From Candidatus Nomurabacteria bacterium (GTDB lineage Bacteria > Patescibacteriota > Minisyncoccia > Phycocordibacterales > SBAW01), in assembly GCA_943356495.1 (NCBI GenBank), contig CALRFF010000001.1, positions 193,012 through 257,011 of the forward strand: a stretch of 64,000 nucleotides of DNA, given 5' to 3'. The notes under the pieces were generated by a model. That model was given only the letters and a program-made list of their open reading frames with translations, searched no databases and was not told the origin of the DNA. Positions 58,342 through 64,000 of the stretch are shown piece by piece. The position numbers and the translations under genes are program-made. Position 1 is the stretch's first letter. Each line of letters opens with the position of its first letter.

Positions 58342-59556
58342 CTAGAGGTTGCTGGCGGTGTTGTAGATAGGCAGGAGCACCGCCGCAAGGAGGAAGCCGA
58401 CGCCGAGCGCCAGGGCGACAATCATAATAGGCTCGATAAGGGAGACCAAGGTGTCTACCTCGGCGTTGACCTCGCGGTTGTAAAAGTGCGCCAAGCGCTC
58501 GAGAATATTGCCCATTTGGCCTGTCTCCTCGCCGATTTGGATCATCTGCACAAATATTGCCGGTACGTCCTGCGGGTGCGAACCGAGGGTTTGGGATAAT
58601 GGCTGGCCCGCCTTGACCGCCTCGATAGCCTCGCGCAGTATGCGCTCGTAAATATCGTTTTCGACCACGTTGGCGGTTATTTCAAGCGCCCGGACCGCCG
58701 ATATGCCGGAAGAGAGCATGACATGCAGGTTGTCGGCTATGCGCGAAAGGTAGAGTTTGCGGTACAGCTCGCCGACATACGGTATAGACAACTGGCTGCG
58801 GGAAAAAGCCAGCTTCCCCGCCGGCGTTTGTATATAGCGGTAGAAAAAGTACCCGCCTACGATAAAAGCGATGAGCAAAAAGATGCCGTAGTCCACCAAA
58901 AAGTTGGAGAGGTTAAGGATTATCTGGGTATAGATAGGCAGCTCTTGCCCCGAATCGGCCAAAACGGAGCCTATTTTAGGAATGACGACCGTGAGCATGA
59001 GCCCCATAACCGCTACGAAGGTAGCGAGAATAAACGCCGGGTAGATAAGCGCGTTTTTGGCCTTGCTAGTTAGCTCGTAGGAACGGTCTATGTAGTCGGC
59101 TAAGTACAAAAAGGTCTGGTCGAGCTTGCCCGACTCTTCGCCGGAGCGCACCATGTTGACGTAAAAGTCGGAAAAGGCTTTAGGATGCTTGGAAAGCGAC
59201 TTAGATATCGAGTTGCCGCCCTGCAGGTCGTCGCTGATGTCGGTGAGTATTTGGCGCAACACCGGCTTGTCGGCCTGCTCGGCAAGCAGGCGGAAGACGC
59301 GCAATGCAGAGACCTGCGCCTCGAAGAGCGTGGCTATTTGGCGCGACAGCAGCACCAAGTCGCGCGACTTAACCCCGCCAAAAAACGTAATCCCCTGCAT
59401 CGAGGACAAGAGGCCTTTGCCGCCGCTTTGGGTAAAGGCGGTAATGGTAAGCCCGCGGCGCTGCAGCGCCGTAATAGCCGCGTCTTGGTTAACGGCATTA
59501 ACAATGCCCGAGGTGGCCTTGCCGGTTGCGTCTAATGCTTCGTACTTAAATTCCAT
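58342..59556 (-). CDS. pilC: Type IV pilus platform protein
   Basis: SRQIATLF, GEESGKLD, ALIYP, GEETG, SLIEP. Confidence 0.93.
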   Translation of the reverse strand: MEFKYEALDATGKATSGIVNAVNQDAAITALQRRGLTITAFTQSGGKGLLSSMQGITFFGGVKSRDLVLLSRQIATLFEAQVSALRVFRLLAEQADKPVLRQILTDISDDLQGGNSISKSLSKHPKAFSDFYVNMVRSGEESGKLDQTFLYLADYIDRSYELTSKAKNALIYPAFILATFVAVMGLMLTVVIPKIGSVLADSGQELPIYTQIILNLSNFLVDYGIFLLIAFIVGGYFFYRYIQTPAGKLAFSRSQLSIPYVGELYRKLYLSRIADNLHVMLSSGISAVRALEITANVVENDIYERILREAIEAVKAGQPLSQTLGSHPQDVPAIFVQMIQIGEETGQMGNILERLAHFYNREVNAEVDTLVSLIEPIMIVALALGVGFLLAAVLLPIYNTASNL

Positions 59557-59562
59557 AGGATA

Positions 59563-60624
59563 TTACAAAAGGCGTTCGAGCACTTTGGGGTTAAGCGCAC
59601 GTGAGTAGGCGCTTTCGGGAGATATTTCGCCGCTGCGCACCAGCTCGGCAAGGGAGCGGTTCATATCTATCATGCCCTCTTCGGCGCCGGTTTCGATAAG
59701 GGTTTGGATTTCGTGGGTGCGCTTTTCGCGGATAAGGTTTTGGACCGCAGTGGTAGCTATTAAGAGTTCATACGCGGGTATTAACCCGCCGGAAATCCGC
59801 GGTACCAAGCGCTGGCTAAAAATACCCGCGAGCGAGGCGGAAAGTTGGATGCGGATTTGCCCCTGCTGTTCGGGCGGGAAGGAGTCGATAATGCGGTCGA
59901 TGGTTTGCGCGGCGTTGTTGGTGTGGAGGGTCGAGAACACAAGGTGGCCTGTCTCGGCGGCGGAGACCGCAGTGGCTATGGTTTCGGGCGTGCGCATCTC
60001 CCCTATCATCAACACATTAACGTCTTGGCGAAACACCGACCGAAGCGCCTGGGAGAAGTCCGCGGTGTCCACGCGCACTTCGCGTTGCTCGATAAGCGAG
60101 CGCTTGTTTTCGAACAAATACTCTATCGGGTCTTCAATCGTCACTATATGCTCGGTGCGCTCGAGGTTTATCTTTTCGATAAGTGCGGCGAGGGTGGTCG
60201 TCTTGCCCTGCCCGACGGGGCCCACCACCAAAAAAAATCCCTGCTTGCGCGTTGCAAATCCTTCGAGCGCGGGCGGCAGGTTAAGCTCCTGCATGGTGCG
60301 TATGACGCGCGGAATAAGGCGCAGCGCAATGCCGATGTGCCCCCGCTCAAAATAGGCGTTGCCGCGGAAGCGGGCTTTGTCGCCGTATGCGTAAGAAAAG
60401 TCGGCCTCTTGTGTCTTTAAAAACGCTTCTTTGCGCTCGGGCACCAGCATTTCGGTTAGAAATCCGAGCATGTCCTCGCGCGTAAGCGCCGGTTCGGACA
60501 CCAATTGGGTAAGCGTGCCGCTGACGCGGATAGTCGGCACCACGCCCTCGCCGCAATGGAGGTCGGAACCGCCTTGGGCAACCAACTGGTCTATAAGTCC
60601 GGTGAGTTTTTGTTTAAAGTCCAT
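59563..60624 (-). CDS. pilT: Type IV pilus retraction ATPase
   Basis: SDLH, GPVGQGKTTT, TIEDPIE, AAETGHLVFSTLHT, NLIRE. Confidence 0.95.
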   Translation of the reverse strand: MDFKQKLTGLIDQLVAQGGSDLHCGEGVVPTIRVSGTLTQLVSEPALTREDMLGFLTEMLVPERKEAFLKTQEADFSYAYGDKARFRGNAYFERGHIGIALRLIPRVIRTMQELNLPPALEGFATRKQGFFLVVGPVGQGKTTTLAALIEKINLERTEHIVTIEDPIEYLFENKRSLIEQREVRVDTADFSQALRSVFRQDVNVLMIGEMRTPETIATAVSAAETGHLVFSTLHTNNAAQTIDRIIDSFPPEQQGQIRIQLSASLAGIFSQRLVPRISGGLIPAYELLIATTAVQNLIREKRTHEIQTLIETGAEEGMIDMNRSLAELVRSGEISPESAYSRALNPKVLERLL

Positions 60625-60633
60625 AACGATATG

Positions 60634-62502
60634 CTACACACTAAGCTCTTTGTCCGATGCTTTGCGCGCTTCGGCAACGGCGGCCGCCTCGTCGACGTCT
60701 CCCGCCTCGATGCGCTCGGGCGCGGGCGCCGCAATAACCGGTTGCTCTTGGGTAAAGAGCTCAAACTCGCCGCCGAGCGTGTTAACTTCCTCAAACGGTA
60801 TCTCGCCGCGGGCTGATTTCATGATAGCATCCTCTTTCATCGTAAACATGCCTTGCGCGCGCACAATGCGGAATAATTCGTCCTCGGGTTTGCGGTCCAA
60901 AATAGCGTGCTCGAGCTCGGTGGACATACTAAAAACCTCGAAACATGCGATACGGCCCAACGTGCCCGCCGGACACTCGGGTGTTACCTCCAGACGGTAC
61001 ACTTCGCTTAAGTCGGGCACTTCTTTTTGATATTCGGCCGGCAGGTCGGCGAACTGGTCTTTAAGCATCACCTGCATGCTGCCCTCGACTTTGACCCGCT
61101 TGCCGCCGCCCGGGCACAGTGTGCGCACCAAGCGCTGCGCTACGCCGAGTATGAGCACCGGCGGTATCAGGTACGGCTCGACGCCCATGTCGAGCAGGCG
61201 CGGCACAATGCCGATGGAGTTGTTGGTGTGGATGGTCGACAGCACTAAGTGGCCGGTAAGCGCCGCTTGTACCGCCAACTCGGCGGTTTCGGCGTCGCGG
61301 ATCTCGCCGACCATGATGATGTTCGGGTCTTGGCGGAGTGTGGTGCGCAACCCGTTGGCAAAGGTGTAGCCTATTTCCGGCCGGACTTGGCTTTGCGAGA
61401 CGCCCGCTATCGTGTACTCCACCGGGTCTTCGAGACTTAGTACATTTTGCCGGTCGCGGTCTACCTCGTTAAGCAGCGTGTAGAGCGTAGTGGATTTGCC
61501 CGAGCCGGTAGGACCGGAAATAAGCACCATGCCGTAGGGTTTTTTAATAGCGGCCCTGATGAGCGCGAGGTTGCGGGGGCTAAGACCGATATCATCGAGC
61601 TTCCAGTCTTTGGTTTGCGAGCCCAAAATACGCATCACCACCTTTTCGCCGTAGTAGGTCGGAAACGTCGATACGCGAAAGTCCACCTTGCCGCCGCCGA
61701 CCCGCGCGGAAAAGCGGCCGTCTTGCGGCTTGCGGCGCTCGTCGAGACGCATGTTGGAAAGCACTTTAATGCGCGCGACCACTGCCGCATGCACTTTTGG
61801 CGGGAGCGTGATGTTTGTAAGAAGCGCGCCGTCTACACGAAAGCGTACGCGCGTCTGCTCGGCCATCGGCTCGATATGGATATCCGATGCGCGGCCCTCG
61901 GACGCGTGGCGCAAAATGGTCGCGACTATTTTGGTAACCGGCGCGTCTTCGGTGATGGCGTTGCTTTCTGTCTCGGTAATATCGTCGTTGTCAAAGACCG
62001 ACGACTTTTTGTCGTCTTTTTGCGTTTCTACTTTAACTTCGGTCTCAAGCTCATTAAGTGCTTTGCCGACCTCGCCGGAGAGACCTTTGTACTGGGTAAG
62101 CAGGCGGTCAAAGTCGGTTTGTGTAATAAGAAACAGCTTGTACGGCATCCCTATCTTTGCCGATATAAAAGTCAACGCATCGCGCGCTTCGAGGTTGTCG
62201 GGGTCGGTAATACCGACCTCAAGCACGCCGTCTTGAACCCCTAAAGGAGAAAGGCTGTAGTAGCGTGCCGACTCTTCCGGTATGTAGCGCAAGACATCAA
62301 ACGGCACCGGCTTTTCCCCCAGCTCGCGCGTAGGCACGCCGTAGTAGTCCCCTTTTGTTTTAAGGATATCTTTAAGTGCAACGCCGCTTTTAACCAGCAC
62401 ACTTTCTTCAGTGGTGCCCGGCTTTTTTAATTCCGCGGTTATGTCGGGTATGCGGCTGCGGTCTAGTACTCCACTGTCAGCTAAGAGCGAGATAAGATTC
62501 AT
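60634..62502 (-). CDS. pilB: Type IV pilus assembly ATPase
   Basis: ASDIHIEP, PQDGRF, GPTGSGKSTT, LRQDPNIIMVGEIRD. Confidence 0.95.
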   Translation of the reverse strand: MNLISLLADSGVLDRSRIPDITAELKKPGTTEESVLVKSGVALKDILKTKGDYYGVPTRELGEKPVPFDVLRYIPEESARYYSLSPLGVQDGVLEVGITDPDNLEARDALTFISAKIGMPYKLFLITQTDFDRLLTQYKGLSGEVGKALNELETEVKVETQKDDKKSSVFDNDDITETESNAITEDAPVTKIVATILRHASEGRASDIHIEPMAEQTRVRFRVDGALLTNITLPPKVHAAVVARIKVLSNMRLDERRKPQDGRFSARVGGGKVDFRVSTFPTYYGEKVVMRILGSQTKDWKLDDIGLSPRNLALIRAAIKKPYGMVLISGPTGSGKSTTLYTLLNEVDRDRQNVLSLEDPVEYTIAGVSQSQVRPEIGYTFANGLRTTLRQDPNIIMVGEIRDAETAELAVQAALTGHLVLSTIHTNNSIGIVPRLLDMGVEPYLIPPVLILGVAQRLVRTLCPGGGKRVKVEGSMQVMLKDQFADLPAEYQKEVPDLSEVYRLEVTPECPAGTLGRIACFEVFSMSTELEHAILDRKPEDELFRIVRAQGMFTMKEDAIMKSARGEIPFEEVNTLGGEFELFTQEQPVIAAPAPERIEAGDVDEAAAVAEARKASDKELSV

Positions 62503-62512
62503 AATTCATAGG

Positions 62513-62833
62513 CTATCGTGGCGTCGTGGTACCGATGTTGCCCTTGCCGATCGGTGCAAAGGGGTTGCGTCGGCCGGCGTCTTGGGCCGGTATAGAGACG
62601 CCGAAGTCCGACAGCGAAGCAAAGACCGGGTCGCTAAAGACCGTGTTGTCGAGCCGTATGGTGTGCAGACTATTTAGCGTAATAAGGAGACTCCCCGATA
62701 CGGCGGCTTGGTCTACCGTTGTTTCGGTAAGCGGAGCCGAAGATCCGTTGAAGTACGTTAGGTATACGTAGAGCAGTGCCACCACCAAAGCGCCGCCTCC
62801 TATAGCTGTTTTATTTTTTTTAAGGAAGTCCAT
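62513..62833 (-). CDS. Hypothetical protein in pil operon (PilP-like position)
   Basis: N-terminal TM, GRRNPFAP. Confidence 0.7.
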   Translation of the reverse strand: MDFLKKNKTAIGGGALVVALLYVYLTYFNGSSAPLTETTVDQAAVSGSLLITLNSLHTIRLDNTVFSDPVFASLSDFGVSIPAQDAGRRNPFAPIGKGNIGTTTPR

Positions 62834-62836
62834 ATA

Positions 62837-63388
62837 TTAGTGGAGCCAGTAGGTGCGGATAGTCATCGAAAAATCGGTCATATCGGCGGGACCGGAGTAT
62901 TTGAAGCTCAATTTTTCCATATCGACGACGCGCAAACTGTGTTCAAGGTCGGTCAAAAATGCCAAAAAGTTGTCAAAGCTTGATGCAAGCGTAAATCCAA
63001 GTTCTACAGAACCAATCGCGTCACCCGAGGCGCCTATGGCCGCCGCACTGCGCGCCCCCGAAGCGCTTGAGACGCTCCCAAGCGACACATTTTTGAGCGT
63101 CAGGGCATGGCGGGCCGCAATGTTGTTGATGTCTATGATAAGGCGGATGTTGTCGACGTTGTCGGGGAGCATACGCTCGAGCTTTTGCACCTGCTCGGCG
63201 GAAAAGGTGTCGCGCTTAGACAGCAACTCGTCGCGCTTGGCGCGCAGTTGTTTAGAGGTAGACAGTGCCTGCTCGTAGGCGGCAGTTTGCGCGGCAATAG
63301 TTTTGGTCGCCTGAAACGCTTTGTTGGTATAGCCTACAAACAAACCGACGGCTGCTACCAGAAGGAGTATGGGGAGTAAGGATCGCAT
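62837..63388 (-). CDS. pilO: PilO-like protein
   Basis: TM, coiled coil, LPD, FLAFLTDLEHSLRVVD. Confidence 0.8.
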   Translation of the reverse strand: MRSLLPILLLVAAVGLFVGYTNKAFQATKTIAAQTAAYEQALSTSKQLRAKRDELLSKRDTFSAEQVQKLERMLPDNVDNIRLIIDINNIAARHALTLKNVSLGSVSSASGARSAAAIGASGDAIGSVELGFTLASSFDNFLAFLTDLEHSLRVVDMEKLSFKYSGPADMTDFSMTIRTYWLH

Positions 63389-63392
63389 ATAG

Positions 63393-63992
63393 TTATTGGG
63401 TTTGGGCCGGAGCGGTCAGCTGATTTTTAGAGTACAAGAGTAATGAAGGGTCGACGATGGCATGGACAATAAAAGACACGCGGCCGTCGCCGCCCACGGT
63501 AATACCCGAAAAGATGACGTCTTTTAAGAGCGAGCTCTTGCCGAGCGCGTCGCTCTGCAATGCAATAGTGGAAAAGGAGTCCGCCGTACCCTCTAACTGG
63601 ATAGAGGCCGTGCCGTCGGCGCTTAAGTTGTAGTCAAAACCGGAAAATTGGACCCGTACCAGCGTCCTTTCTGCGAGGTAGTTAAATATGCCTGACGGGG
63701 CGACGTGTTTAGCAAGCACCGCCTTGGACTGCTCGATACGGCTGTCGAGGCGCAGGAGGTCTTGTATGGTCGCCGGGTCAAATGCGCCTTTTTGTATGTC
63801 TAAGTCGGCCTTGTTTTTGGCGAGCTGTTGGTTAAGGAGGCCGGTGTAGGCAAAGACGCCGCCCGCCGACACCAACGAGAGCACGAAGATAAATATCGAT
63901 ATGAGCAAAAACAACCCCACGCCTCCGGTGCGCGCCTTTTGGGCGGTAAGCGCTTCTTTAGGTATGAACGACGTGGAGACCTGAGGATCCAT
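63393..63992 (-). CDS. PilN-like protein
   Basis: TM, coiled coil, LEGTADSF; upstream of pilO. Confidence 0.7.
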   Translation of the reverse strand: MDPQVSTSFIPKEALTAQKARTGGVGLFLLISIFIFVLSLVSAGGVFAYTGLLNQQLAKNKADLDIQKGAFDPATIQDLLRLDSRIEQSKAVLAKHVAPSGIFNYLAERTLVRVQFSGFDYNLSADGTASIQLEGTADSFSTIALQSDALGKSSLLKDVIFSGITVGGDGRVSFIVHAIVDPSLLLYSKNQLTAPAQTQ

Positions 63993-64000
63993 TTCTTTTT

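Overview
This is a gene-dense bacterial chromosome segment that I infer to be Patescibacteria/CPR (Parcubacteria-like). The grounds are -10 boxes a few nt upstream of start codons with little Shine-Dalgarno use, a compact type IV pilus cluster, a shortened RF2 and many small secreted or membrane ORFs. Housekeeping genes include rnj, mutY, msrB, lexA, a Pif1-like helicase, a DEAD-box helicase, typA, pyrG, ftsEX, prfB, gatAC, ligA and six tRNAs. Accessory content includes a class F sortase with an LPSTG substrate, a Zur/ZIP pair, a MacAB-like ABC system, a CsoR-CopA copper cluster and a pilN/O/B/T/C/D plus pilin cluster. The most interesting feature is an ~10 kb integrative element (~31733-41705) at the 3' end of tRNA-Gln(CTG). 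It carries a rolling-circle-type Rep, an HTH excisionase, an EcoRI-family methylase with a DUF262-HNH nuclease, an SD-led ORFan operon and a large serine recombinase (LSR). Integration appears to have split the LSR gene: the integrated form borrows its C-terminus from the tRNA antisense strand, and an in-frame 35-codon tail sits at the far end of the element. The element also encodes a 43-aa peptide resembling the LSR's own alphaE helix. A second oddity is a 299-bp unit in which an ArsR-like gene lies between two identical 35-bp palindromic sites, one of which encodes its C-terminus. All family assignments come from motif recognition by eye; no database searches were run.
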